Shown in pieces: positions 16,568 to 25,172 of a stretch of DNA of 52,100 nucleotides. Under the pieces are notes generated by a model that worked only from the letters and a program-made list of their open reading frames with translations, was not told the DNA's origin and did no database searches. Position 1 is the stretch's first letter, and every line of letters begins with the position of its first letter. The position numbers and the translations under genes were made by a program. The DNA is from Anaerolineales bacterium (GTDB lineage: Bacteria; Chloroflexota; Anaerolineae; Anaerolineales; E44-bin32), in NCBI GenBank assembly GCA_035455265.1, contig DATIFK010000216.1, positions 1 through 52,100 on the forward strand, in the 5' to 3' direction.

Positions 16568-17778
16568 TGCGCATCGCCTTCCTGTGCCAGTCCTACCCGC
16601 CGATGGTCAGCGGCGTGGCCATGGCGGTCAGTCATATGGCGCAAGGCCTGGCCGATCGAGGCCACTCCGTTCTGGTCCTCACCGCCAGCGATCGACAGGA
16701 ACCCTATACCACGGAGGACGGTGGCCTGAGGGTCGACCGTCTGGCCTCCATCCCCAACCCGGCGCGCGTCGGCCAGCGTTGGGTGTTCTGGTCGCGCGGC
16801 GACATCGCCCGCCGGTTGGACGACTTTCATCCCGAGATCCTCCACCTGCACGACCCGTTCCTGGCCGGGTTCTCGATTCCCTCGCTGGCGCGGGAGAAGA
16901 GACTTCCGCTGGCGATCACTCTGCATGCCCTGCCCTGGTACGTTTCCTCCCAGGCGCCGGACCTGCCAGGCCTGCGCCAGGGGATCGAAGTCGCCCTGTG
17001 GGCCTTCGCGCAGGAAGTCCTGGCCCAGTGCGACGCGGTCGTTGCCCCCAGCCGCGCCATCGCCGACCTGGCCCTCGAACACGTCGGCCGCGCCGCCACC
17101 GTCATCAGCAACGGCGTCGACCTGCGCCGCTTCCATCCCGGCCAGGTCTCCGACGAGGAGCGCCGCCGACTGCAGGTCGCCTACGGCCTGAACTCCGATC
17201 TGCCCATCCTGCTCTACGTCGGTCGGGTGGACACGGAAAAACGCGTCGACAATGTCGTGCGGGCCGCGGCCGCGGTGATTGCCCGTCATCCGGCTCAGCT
17301 GTTGATCGTCGGCGACGGCAAGCAACTGCGCAGCGTCCGGCGTCTGAGCCGGGAACTCGGTCTCGGCGATCGAGCGCACTTCCTCGGCTTCGTCTCGCCC
17401 GAGGTCGACCTTCCGGCCCTGTACCGCATCGCCGACCTGTTCGTCATCGCCTCCGAGATCGAGGCGGAAGGCCTGGTCGTGCTGGAAGCGGCCGCCTGCG
17501 GCGTGCCCATCGTGGCTGTCCGGGCGACCTGCATGCCCGAGACCGTCGAAGCACCCGGGGCCGGCCTGCTGGCTGAGCCGGGTGACATCGAAGGCATGGC
17601 CCGGGCGATGCGGCGCGTGCTCACCGACACGGCTCTGCGGAAGCGCCTGGGTGCGGCCGCCCGTACCATGGCCGAGGCCCACTCGCTGGAAATCACACTG
17701 TCAGCCCATGAGAAGGTGTATGAAGAGCTGCTGAGGGTAAGAGCGAGTGATCCGTGGCCGGTGGTCGGGGGCCGGTGA
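16567..17778 (+). CDS. Glycosyltransferase family 4 (GT-B)
   Basis: ATG 16567 overlaps the upstream stop (TGATG). MRIAFLCQSYPPMVSGVA N-terminus. EGLVVLEAAACGVPIVAV motif. Confidence 0.85.
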   Translation: MRIAFLCQSYPPMVSGVAMAVSHMAQGLADRGHSVLVLTASDRQEPYTTEDGGLRVDRLASIPNPARVGQRWVFWSRGDIARRLDDFHPEILHLHDPFLAGFSIPSLAREKRLPLAITLHALPWYVSSQAPDLPGLRQGIEVALWAFAQEVLAQCDAVVAPSRAIADLALEHVGRAATVISNGVDLRRFHPGQVSDEERRRLQVAYGLNSDLPILLYVGRVDTEKRVDNVVRAAAAVIARHPAQLLIVGDGKQLRSVRRLSRELGLGDRAHFLGFVSPEVDLPALYRIADLFVIASEIEAEGLVVLEAAACGVPIVAVRATCMPETVEAPGAGLLAEPGDIEGMARAMRRVLTDTALRKRLGAAARTMAEAHSLEITLSAHEKVYEELLRVRASDPWPVVGGR

Positions 17779-17870
17779 GTACCAATCGAATCCGGTTTCG
17801 GTGAGACCAGAGGCTCGCCACCGGCCACTCGCCGCTGACCACCGGATTCCGACTACTTCCCTTGCGTTGG

Positions 17871-17876
17871 TATAAT
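17871..17876 (+). promoter_or_regulatory. -10 box directly upstream of tRNA-Ser
   Basis: TATAAT, then 7 nt, then G1 of the tRNA (17884). Confidence 0.4.
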
Positions 17877-17883
17877 CCTCGGT

Positions 17884-17971
17884 GGAGAGGTGCCAGAGTG
17901 GTTGAATGGGGCGGTCTCGAAAACCGTTGTGGCCCGTTGGGCCACCGTGGGTTCGAATCCCACCCTCTCCG
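17884..17971 (+). tRNA. tRNA-Ser (anticodon CGA)
   Basis: Manual fold. Acceptor GGAGAGG/CCTCTCC. Anticodon loop CTCGAAA. Long variable arm GTGGCCC-GTT-GGGCCAC. T-arm GTGGG-TTCGAAT-CCCAC. No encoded CCA. Confidence 0.9.
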
Positions 17972-18004
17972 CTGAAGCTACACCCGCACAACCGGCCGAC
18001 ATAT

Positions 18005-18037
18005 GAACCGCCCGCTGATCCGCGGGCGGTTCTTTCC
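18005..18037 (+). terminator. Rho-independent terminator after tRNA-Ser
   Basis: AACCGCCCGC-TGATCC-GCGGGCGGTT followed by CTTTCC. Confidence 0.55.
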
Positions 18038-18087
18038 ATCCGACCAACGTTCGCAATCCCTCCGATGGCGGAGGGTGAGCGGCCGAG

Positions 18088-19881
18088 TCAGCCGGCCGAG
18101 GTCGCAATGGACCCCAGCTTCTCCAACTCGTCCAGGTCCGCCCGCAGCACATCGAAGCCGCCCTGCCAGAAACCCGGGTCGCGGATGTCGAGCCCGGCCG
18201 CGGTCAGGATCCGCTCGGGCGAATCGGATCCGCCGGCTTCCAACAGGCGCACGTAGCGCGGCTTGAAAGCCTCGCCTTCCTGGCGGTACTGATGATAGAG
18301 CGCCAGGACCAGCAGTTGGCCGAAGGCGTACGCGTACACGTAGAACGGCGTGTGAAAGAAATGGGGGATCGCCACCCACTCCACACGGAATTCATCGCTC
18401 ACATCCAGCGAGTCGCCGAACTGTTCCCGAAGATTCTTCTGGTAGGCCTCGGACAATTCGTCGACCGTCGCCCCGGCGTGCGTTCGCTCGTGCGCTTCGC
18501 GCTCGAACAGGGCGAAGTAGGCCTGCCTCTGAATCGTGGCGTAGCTATCGTCCATGCGCGACACCAGCAGATCGCGCCGAACCTCAGGATCCTTCTCGGC
18601 TTGAATCAGCCGGTCCACCAGGAGCATTTCACCGAAGGTGGAAGCGGTCTCGGCCAGCGGCAGGGTGGCGTGCTGGGTCAGGATGGTGTGCCCGGAGGCG
18701 AGCTGCGAGTGGATGGCGTGCCCCAACTCGTGCGCCAGGGTGGCCACATGGCGCGGCTGGCCCTCGTAGGATTGCAGCACCCACGGCGTCAGCTTGGGCG
18801 TGATGGTGGCGCAGAAGGCACCGCTGCGCTTTCCCTTGCGGATCTCGCCGTCGTAATGGCGTTCCCGCAGGACCCGCTCCGCCATGTCGGCCATCCGAGG
18901 ATCGAAAGCGGCGAAGCTGTCCAGCACCATGCGGACAGCTTCGCCGAAGGGGATGGTCGGCTGGGAGGCCAGCAGCGGGGCGTAGATATCGTAGCGACGC
19001 AGGCGGTCGACACCCAGCCAGCGGGCCTTCAGCCGGAAGTAGCGACGGTAGATCTCGCCGTTCGACCGGCACGTCTCGAGCAGCGTGTCGACGATCTCGT
19101 CGGGTATGTCATTGGAGAGATTGCGCACGGCCATGGGGTTGGCAAACTTGCGCAGTCCGATGTTCTCGCTGTGCCAATCGCGCGCCAGGTTCTGGTAGAT
19201 CTGGCCGAGCAGGACTTCGTCCCGTCCGAAGACCCTCAGCAACTCCTGGTAGGCGGCAGCCCGCAGATCGGGATTCGGGCTGTGGACAAACGGATCCAGC
19301 TCCCCCCGCGTCACCTCCCGCTCCACCCCGTCCACCTTGACCCGGAACGTGTAGCGGTTCGTGAGGGTGTCGTACAGGGTCACCAGCGCATGAGCGCCGG
19401 TGACGTCCTTCAGGTTGATGATCCGCTCTTCGGGCTCACTCAACGTGTAGGGCGTCTGCAGCCTCAGCGCCTCGAGCCAGTAGCGCACGTCGCCGGCGAT
19501 GCCCATCAGGCGCTCGGCCGCCTCGGCCGGCAGAGCCTTCCACCACAGGCGGAAGAACAGCATGCGGTTGTCGATCTCCGCCGCCCACTGGTAGGCATCG
19601 GCGGTTCGCGCCTGGGCCTGCTGGTCCTGGGTATCTTCGGCGAATTTCAATGAAACGAAACCGGTCAGCCGCTCGACGTCGGCCACGATCTCCGCATAGG
19701 CCTCCACCAGGTCGCGGAAGACCTCGGCGTCCACCGTCTCACTCAGGCGATCCCGGCTGCGTTCGAAGTCGCTGACGCGCGTCTCGACGTGGGCGCGGGT
19801 GTCCGCCATCTTCGGATCTTCGAAACTCTGGAACAGATCGCTCAGGTCCCAGCGCCCGGGCTGGTACGCCGGCATGGTCAT
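18088..19881 (-). CDS. pepF: Oligoendopeptidase F (M3B metallopeptidase)
   Basis: 597 aa. HELGHAIH zinc motif. GGAGG upstream. Starts 10 nt after the ychF stop. Confidence 0.85.
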   Translation of the reverse strand: MTMPAYQPGRWDLSDLFQSFEDPKMADTRAHVETRVSDFERSRDRLSETVDAEVFRDLVEAYAEIVADVERLTGFVSLKFAEDTQDQQAQARTADAYQWAAEIDNRMLFFRLWWKALPAEAAERLMGIAGDVRYWLEALRLQTPYTLSEPEERIINLKDVTGAHALVTLYDTLTNRYTFRVKVDGVEREVTRGELDPFVHSPNPDLRAAAYQELLRVFGRDEVLLGQIYQNLARDWHSENIGLRKFANPMAVRNLSNDIPDEIVDTLLETCRSNGEIYRRYFRLKARWLGVDRLRRYDIYAPLLASQPTIPFGEAVRMVLDSFAAFDPRMADMAERVLRERHYDGEIRKGKRSGAFCATITPKLTPWVLQSYEGQPRHVATLAHELGHAIHSQLASGHTILTQHATLPLAETASTFGEMLLVDRLIQAEKDPEVRRDLLVSRMDDSYATIQRQAYFALFEREAHERTHAGATVDELSEAYQKNLREQFGDSLDVSDEFRVEWVAIPHFFHTPFYVYAYAFGQLLVLALYHQYRQEGEAFKPRYVRLLEAGGSDSPERILTAAGLDIRDPGFWQGGFDVLRADLDELEKLGSIATSAG

Positions 19882-19891
19882 GCCGCCTCCG

Positions 19892-20965
19892 TCACAGGTT
19901 GAACTTGATGTGGACGATGTCGCCGTCGGCCACCAGGTAGTCTTTGCCCTCGGCGCGCAGCTTGCCGACGGCGCGCGCTTCCGTCAGGCCGCCCAGTGCG
20001 ATCAGTTCTTGATGCGGGATGACTTCGGCGCGAATGAAGCCGCGCGCCAGGTCGGTGTGAATCGTATCGGCCGCCTCGAGCGCGGTGGCGCCGCGCGGCA
20101 GGGTCCAGGCCCGTACTTCATCCTCGCCCACGGTGAAAAAGGAGTGCAGGCCGAGCAGATCGTAGGAGGCCCTCAGCACCGCCTGCCGTCCCGGTTCGGC
20201 GATGCCGTATTCGCGCAGGAACTCCGCCGCTTCGTCGGGCGGCATCTGGGCGATTTCCATCTCCAGCTTCCCCTGCAGCCCGAGAACCTGAACCTTGGGG
20301 CCGACGGCGGGGAGCGGCGGCATCGCCGCACCCTCCGCCAGGTTGACGACGATCAGCATGGGACGGCGCGTCAACAGCCCGAAGCCCGAGAGCAGGCGGT
20401 CTTCCTCGGCGGTCAGGGACAGACCGCGCAGGGGCTGGGAGGCGTTGAGGGTTTGTTGCAGCCGCTCAAACAAGGCCGCTTCGCGGTCGATGATCGCCCG
20501 GTCGCGCATGACCTTCTGCCGCTCCTCCACCAGCTTGTCCAAACGCCGCTCGACCGCCAGCATGTCGTTCAACAGGAACTCGGATTCCATCGCCGCCATG
20601 TCGCGTCCCGGATCGACCGAGCCCGCCGGGTGCGGGATCGCCGGGTCGTCGAAGGCCCTGACCACGTGGACGAATCCTTCCATCTGCGACAGGTGATTGA
20701 GCAGCGGTCCGGGCAGGCCCTCCCGGCCCACGGCAGCCCGCAGCCCGCCGATATCGGCGTAGGTGACCTTGGCGTGGATCGTCTTGCGCGGGTGGAAGAG
20801 CGCGCTGAGCGCCTCGACGCGCTCGTCGGGCACGTCGGCAACGGCGGTGTGCACGTCCACGCGGCCGGGCGCGTGGACCTCGCCCGTCGGCAGGCGGCCG
20901 CCGGTGAGAGCGTTGAAGATGGTCGTCTTTCCGGACGAGGGAAGCCCGATGATGCCCAGTCGCAT
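19892..20965 (-). CDS. ychF: Obg-like ATPase YchF
   Basis: P-loop GLPSSGKTT. C-terminal TGS-like region (FFTVGEDEVRAWT...DGDIVHIKFNL). Confidence 0.85.
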   Translation of the reverse strand: MRLGIIGLPSSGKTTIFNALTGGRLPTGEVHAPGRVDVHTAVADVPDERVEALSALFHPRKTIHAKVTYADIGGLRAAVGREGLPGPLLNHLSQMEGFVHVVRAFDDPAIPHPAGSVDPGRDMAAMESEFLLNDMLAVERRLDKLVEERQKVMRDRAIIDREAALFERLQQTLNASQPLRGLSLTAEEDRLLSGFGLLTRRPMLIVVNLAEGAAMPPLPAVGPKVQVLGLQGKLEMEIAQMPPDEAAEFLREYGIAEPGRQAVLRASYDLLGLHSFFTVGEDEVRAWTLPRGATALEAADTIHTDLARGFIRAEVIPHQELIALGGLTEARAVGKLRAEGKDYLVADGDIVHIKFNL

Positions 20966-20994
20966 GAGGCCTAGGGGTGTCCCAGGGTGTTGTC

Positions 20995-21023
20995 TTGACC
21001 GACCCTGGTCGGTGGTCTATACT
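20995..21023 (+). promoter_or_regulatory. Promoter of tRNA-Leu
   Basis: TTGACC, 17 nt, TATACT. The tRNA G1 lies 9 nt downstream of the -10. Confidence 0.5.
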
Positions 21024-21032
21024 CAGCGCGCG

Positions 21033-21114
21033 GCCGAAGTGGCGGAACTGGCATACGCGCGCGACTCAAAATCGCGTTCCTTCGGGATTGTGGGTTCGAG
21101 TCCCACCTTCGGCA
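21033..21114 (+). tRNA. tRNA-Leu (anticodon CAA)
   Basis: Manual fold. Acceptor GCCGAAG/CTTCGGC. Anticodon stem CGCGA/TCGCG with loop CTCAAAA. Variable arm. T-arm GTGGG-TTCGAGT-CCCAC. Confidence 0.9.
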
Positions 21115-21140
21115 CCTGGCGATTATAACCGCGGGACGAC

Positions 21141-21177
21141 CCAACCCGTTTTCCTTGTGAAAACGGGTTTGGCTTCG
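21141..21177 (+). terminator. Hairpin after tRNA-Leu (possible terminator)
   Basis: CCAACCCGTTTT ... AAAACGGGTTTGG. The T-tract is weak. Confidence 0.35.
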
Positions 21178-21181
21178 AGCT

Positions 21182-21544
21182 ATGACACAACTGCTGCGCA
21201 ACCTCCGCTTCTGGATCGGACTGGCCCTCGGCCTGGCGGGCGGCCTGTTGTACGGTTGGGTGCTGCACCCCGCCGCTGCTCCCACCGCCGCCCCCGCCGC
21301 GTTGCGCCAGGACTATCGGACGGATTACGTTCTCATGGTCGCCGAGGCCTATCAGGCTGAGGCAGACATCGACCTGGCGGTCCAGCGTCTCGCCCAACTC
21401 GGCCCGGCCAGCCCCGCCGCCATCGTGGACGAGGCCGTCGCCTACGCCAACCGCCAGGGTTTCGCCGCCAGCGATATGGAGCTCCTGAGCCGACTGGCGC
21501 GCGACTTGAACGCCGCGCCCGCGCCGGCCACCGCCAGTCCATGA
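21182..21544 (+). CDS. Hypothetical membrane-anchored protein (paralogue of the next gene)
   Basis: N-terminal TM segment WIGLALGLAGGLLYGW. Shares the DY..L...AY...D...A..RLA pattern with 21541..22320. Confidence 0.55.
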   Translation: MTQLLRNLRFWIGLALGLAGGLLYGWVLHPAAAPTAAPAALRQDYRTDYVLMVAEAYQAEADIDLAVQRLAQLGPASPAAIVDEAVAYANRQGFAASDMELLSRLARDLNAAPAPATASP

Positions 21545-22320
21545 GCCGCGGCCTGGTGCCATTGCTGATCGGGCTGGCCCTCGGGGTGATCGGGGGGCTG
21601 ACCTACGCGTGGGCCATCGATCCGGTCGAACTCGTCGGCGGCGCACCGGCGGCGATGAGCGCGGACGCCCAGGCCGACTATCTGACGCTGATCGCTTCGG
21701 CCTACGCGGCAACGGACGATCTGCCGCGCGCTCAGGCACGCCTGGCCCTGTTCTCCGACCCGAACGCCGCCGAGACGCTCGGGGCACTCGCTCAGGCGCG
21801 CCTGGCGTCGGGCCGGCCGGTCTCCGAAGCGCAGGCGCTGGCGCGCCTTGCCGGCGACCTCGGCGTTCGGCCGTCGCCTCCGCCCTCTCCGGCCACCACC
21901 GCCTCCCCCGCCCGACCGACGGTGTCCCCCACCATCACGCGCACACCGACCTTGCGCCCGTCGCCGACCGTCAGCCGCACACCGGGGGCGCCCTTCCAGA
22001 TCGAACGCCAGGAGCTCGAGTGCGACCCGGATCAGACGGCCCCTCGAATTCGCGTGCGCGTCCTCGATGCCGCCGGACAGGGCGTTCCCGGCGTCGAGGT
22101 TCTCGTCTTGTGGGACACCGGAGAGGATCGTTTCTACACCGGCCTCAAACCGGAGCTCGGCTCGGGTTACGGGGACTTCGCCATGACGGAGGGGGTCGTG
22201 TACACCGTGCGCCTGGCTGAGTCCGGCGCGCTGGTGACGGGATTGCAGGTCCAGACCTGCACCAGCGATTCGGGGGAAAGCTATCCGGGGTCCTGGGCGC
22301 TGGACTTCGTGCAGCCCTAG
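21541..22320 (+). CDS. Hypothetical membrane-anchored protein with Pro/Thr linker and C-terminal domain
   Basis: ATGA overlap with the previous gene. TM segment LLIGLALGVIGGLTYAW. N-terminal region is paralogous. PSPPPSPATT linker. Confidence 0.6.
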   Translation: MSRGLVPLLIGLALGVIGGLTYAWAIDPVELVGGAPAAMSADAQADYLTLIASAYAATDDLPRAQARLALFSDPNAAETLGALAQARLASGRPVSEAQALARLAGDLGVRPSPPPSPATTASPARPTVSPTITRTPTLRPSPTVSRTPGAPFQIERQELECDPDQTAPRIRVRVLDAAGQGVPGVEVLVLWDTGEDRFYTGLKPELGSGYGDFAMTEGVVYTVRLAESGALVTGLQVQTCTSDSGESYPGSWALDFVQP

Positions 22321-22326
22321 CTCAAG

Positions 22327-22406
22327 CCTCCAGCTTCCAGTTCCCAGTGCCGGCGACTGACGGCTGGAAGCTGGTGGCTGGCAGCGGGCGGCTGTCGACT
22401 GGCTAC
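22327..22406. repeat. H7 heptamer array c (CCAG/CTGG type)
   Basis: CTCCAGC TTCCAG TTCCCAG TGCCGG ... GCTGGAA GCTGGTG GCTGGCA ... GACTGGCTA. Lies between convergent stops and reaches the bactofilin TAG. Confidence 0.8.
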
Positions 22407-22801
22407 TCGGCCGCTTCTTCTCGCTCTGCGCCGAGGTCGACCTTCTCCTCCATCGTGATCTGACCGCGCAGGAAGGCACCTTCTTCGGTGGAGAAGGCCG
22501 CCGTCACGACGTCCCCCCAGACGCGCCCCGTTTGCGTGATTTCGAGCCGCTGAGCCGTGATGTCGCCGCGGACGGATCCAGCGACAACGACCGTGGCGGC
22601 GCGCAGGCGCTTGCACGTCACTCGGCCTTGTTCCCCGACGACGACCAGACCTCGCAAGTCGATCTCGCCGTCGAAGGCTCCCTCGATCCGCACCCCGCCA
22701 GCGCCGCTCAGCGCGCCGGTCAGGGCCAGCCCGGGGCCCAACACCGAATCGACCCGGTCGCCGCCTTCAGCCGCCTGAGCCTCTTCTTTGCGTCGAAACA
22801 T
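22403..22801 (-). CDS. Bactofilin family cytoskeletal protein
   Basis: 132 aa. Repetitive beta-helix pattern (GVRIEGAFDGEIDLRGLVVVGEQGRV...VAGSVRGDITA). TGATG overlap with the upstream gene. Confidence 0.8.
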   Translation of the reverse strand: MFRRKEEAQAAEGGDRVDSVLGPGLALTGALSGAGGVRIEGAFDGEIDLRGLVVVGEQGRVTCKRLRAATVVVAGSVRGDITAQRLEITQTGRVWGDVVTAAFSTEEGAFLRGQITMEEKVDLGAEREEAAE

Positions 22802-23826
22802 CACGCCTCCCGCTTTGCGCCGCGGCCGGCCGGATTCCAATCGCGCGCCGCCGGCAGCCGGCCGACGCCGTGCGCTTCCTGCACCGCTCGCACCACGGCG
22901 CGCATCACGGCTTCGGCGGCATAGGCGCCGACGATGTTGATGTCGAGGCGCCGTCGTCCCGTCGAGAGGGCGAACAGGGTATCCCCATCGAGCAGGGTGT
23001 GGGCCGGACGAACGGTGCGGGCGATCCCGTCGTGGGCTGCTTGCGCTACCCAGTTGGCCTGCTCCTTCGTCAGACGCGCGTCGGTCGCCACCACACCGAT
23101 GACGGTGTTGGCCCGGCTGGCCAGCCTCAGGATCGTCTGCCCGCCACGGCTGCCCATCCACGCCTGGGTGTCGACGAACCGGCCACGACCTCCCAGCCGC
23201 AAAGGGCCGAGGCGCGCCGGCCGCGCGCCTGCCAGGATTCGCCCATCGTCGGGATCGATCACGTCTCCAAAGGAGTTGACGGCCACCAGGGCGCCGATGG
23301 TCGTGCCCTGCACCCGGAAACTGGCCGTCCCAACGCCGGCCTTCATCGCGCCCGCCATGCCGAAGATCTTGCCGACCGTGGCGCCCATCCCGACCCCCAC
23401 ATTCCCCTGGGCCGGGGCGCTCGTCGAAGCTCGGCGGCAGGCCTCGTAACCCATGGCGGCATCGGGGCGGACGTCGGCGCGCCCCAAGCCGAGATCGAAC
23501 AGGATCGCCGCCGGGACGATCGGGACGCGCGCCAGGCGCGTGTCGAATCCGACCCCCCGCTCCTCCAGCCAGCGGACGACGCCGCCCGCCGCCTCCAACC
23601 CAAAGGCCGATCCGCCGGCCAGCAGTACGGCGTGAGCTTCTTGGACGAGGTGCATCGGGCGCAGCAGGTCGGTCTCGCGCGTTCCGGGCGCTCCGCCGCG
23701 CACGTCCACCCCGCCGACGGCGCCTTGCTCACACAGCACGACCGTGCATCCGGTCAGGGCCTCTACGTCGCCGGCATGCCCGACGGCGATCCCGGGGACG
23801 TCGGTGATGGCGTCTCGCCGCGGCAT
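22801..23826 (-). CDS. DmpA/S58 (P1) family aminopeptidase
   Basis: Start at ATG 23826, overlapping the upstream stop. ITDVPGIAVGHAGD...GCTVVL...GGAPGTRETDLL is typical of the family. Confidence 0.8.
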   Translation of the reverse strand: MPRRDAITDVPGIAVGHAGDVEALTGCTVVLCEQGAVGGVDVRGGAPGTRETDLLRPMHLVQEAHAVLLAGGSAFGLEAAGGVVRWLEERGVGFDTRLARVPIVPAAILFDLGLGRADVRPDAAMGYEACRRASTSAPAQGNVGVGMGATVGKIFGMAGAMKAGVGTASFRVQGTTIGALVAVNSFGDVIDPDDGRILAGARPARLGPLRLGGRGRFVDTQAWMGSRGGQTILRLASRANTVIGVVATDARLTKEQANWVAQAAHDGIARTVRPAHTLLDGDTLFALSTGRRRLDINIVGAYAAEAVMRAVVRAVQEAHGVGRLPAARDWNPAGRGAKREA

Positions 23827-24221
23827 CAGCGTATCCCGCTGTCGTAACGAATATCGACCCGCACCCAGACTCCCTCCGCGACGGCCACTTCGATCGGTTC
23901 GGCCCACGGCAGTCCACTCTCGCCGGGTTGAGGGACGAGGCGATACGACCCCGCTGCAAGCGGAATGCGGTAGGCGCCGTCCGCGGACGATTCGGTCCGC
24001 CCCACCTCGCGCCCCCTCCCGTCTTCGACCACCAGCAGTGCCTGGTAAGGTGAATCGGGGCAGTCGGTGCCCACCTGGACCACCGGGCACATGGGCCCGA
24101 TGAAGACATGCCCCTCGACGCCCGAGTCGCCGGTGGGCGAGGGGTTGCCCGAGGCGCAGGCGGCCAGCAGGACCGCCAGCAGGCTGATGCGGATTCCGGC
24201 GCCGCATCGGCGCGGCGACAT
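23826..24221 (-). CDS. Hypothetical lipoprotein (carboxypeptidase-regulatory-like beta fold)
   Basis: Lipobox LLAAC. 131 aa. GAYRIPLAAGSYRL pattern. Confidence 0.55.
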   Translation of the reverse strand: MSPRRCGAGIRISLLAVLLAACASGNPSPTGDSGVEGHVFIGPMCPVVQVGTDCPDSPYQALLVVEDGRGREVGRTESSADGAYRIPLAAGSYRLVPQPGESGLPWAEPIEVAVAEGVWVRVDIRYDSGIR

Positions 24222-24223
24222 GT

Positions 24224-24706
24224 TCAGGCCTTGTACCCGAAGCGCCGCAACAGCGATTGGCGCGCCTGAACGTCGTCCTCGGTCTCGACTCCCTTGGGGC
24301 GGATACCGTCGATCACGCCGACCACGCCTCGTCCGAGATCGGTTTCCGCCAGGACGACCTCGACCGGATTGGCCGTGGCGCAGAAGATCTGGCAGACCTC
24401 GGGCACGTTCTTGACGGCGTTGAGCACGTTGATCGGATAAGCGTTGCGCAGGAAGATCACGAACACATGGCCGGCGCCCATCCGCAAGGCCTGGGTCTTG
24501 GCGTGATCGACCAGCGCTGCGTCGGTCCCGCTGGCCCGCACCAAGGCCGGTTCGGAGGCCTCGCAGAAGGCCAGGCCAAACTGAATGCCCGGTACGGCGC
24601 CGACGAGAGCCTCGTGCAGGTCCTCGACCGTCTTGATGAAGTGCGCCTGCCCCAGGATGACGTTGACCTCCTGGGGTATCTCGAGGGCGACGCTGACCAG
24701 TTCCAT
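24224..24706 (-). CDS. Adenosine-specific kinase family protein
   Basis: MELVSVALEIPQEVNVILGQAHFIKTVEDLHEAL...FGLAFCEAS is characteristic of the family. Confidence 0.7.
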   Translation of the reverse strand: MELVSVALEIPQEVNVILGQAHFIKTVEDLHEALVGAVPGIQFGLAFCEASEPALVRASGTDAALVDHAKTQALRMGAGHVFVIFLRNAYPINVLNAVKNVPEVCQIFCATANPVEVVLAETDLGRGVVGVIDGIRPKGVETEDDVQARQSLLRRFGYKA

Positions 24707-24731
24707 CGTTTCGCCTTCGGGGCCCGAACGT

Positions 24732-25016
24732 CTAGCGCAGCGACTGGATAAAGGCGTCGATGTCGAGGGCCGGCAGGGTTGTGATCTTGATGCTGCCGCG
24801 CGAAGCCAACTCGGCCGAGACGCGCGCCACGGTCAGGTTGTCAGCCGCCTCGACGACATTGACGAAGTCGTATGGTCCCAGCGTGGCGTACTGAGCCGTC
24901 ACCCGAACCCCCAGCTTCTCCAGCTCGGCGTTGACTTCCTTGATGCGACGCGGATTCTTCTTGATCGTGCGTGCTCCTTCGTCGGTCAGGCTGCTGAGAA
25001 GGACATACGTCGGCAT
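24732..25016 (-). CDS. GYD domain protein
   Basis: 94 aa. MPTYVLLSSLTDEG...ATLGPYDFVNVVEA. GGAGGG 5 nt upstream. Confidence 0.8.
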   Translation of the reverse strand: MPTYVLLSSLTDEGARTIKKNPRRIKEVNAELEKLGVRVTAQYATLGPYDFVNVVEAADNLTVARVSAELASRGSIKITTLPALDIDAFIQSLR

Positions 25017-25063
25017 CGGTCCCTCCGGCTTGCGGGACGGCTTCCCGCCTTCGGCTGTTGTTC

Positions 25064-25069
25064 ATTGTA
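25064..25069 (-). promoter_or_regulatory. Candidate -10 (TACAAT) for the GYD-to-bactofilin operon
   Basis: Minus-strand TACAAT 47 nt upstream of ATG 25016. The H7 arm ends 12 nt upstream of it. Confidence 0.35.
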
Positions 25070-25082
25070 GCGCGCCTGCGGC

Positions 25083-25165
25083 CGGTTTCCAGTTCCCAGT
25101 CGCCGGTTCCCAGTCCGTGCACGACACGCTTTGACTGGCGACTGGAAACCGGGAACTGGTAACCG
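25083..25165. repeat. H7 heptamer array d (CCAG/CTGG type, inverted arms)
   Basis: TTTCCAG TTCCCAG TCGCCGG TTCCCAG TCC ... TTGA CTGGCGA CTGGAAA CCGGGAA CTGGTAA CC. Confidence 0.85.
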
Positions 25166-25172
25166 CCCTCAA

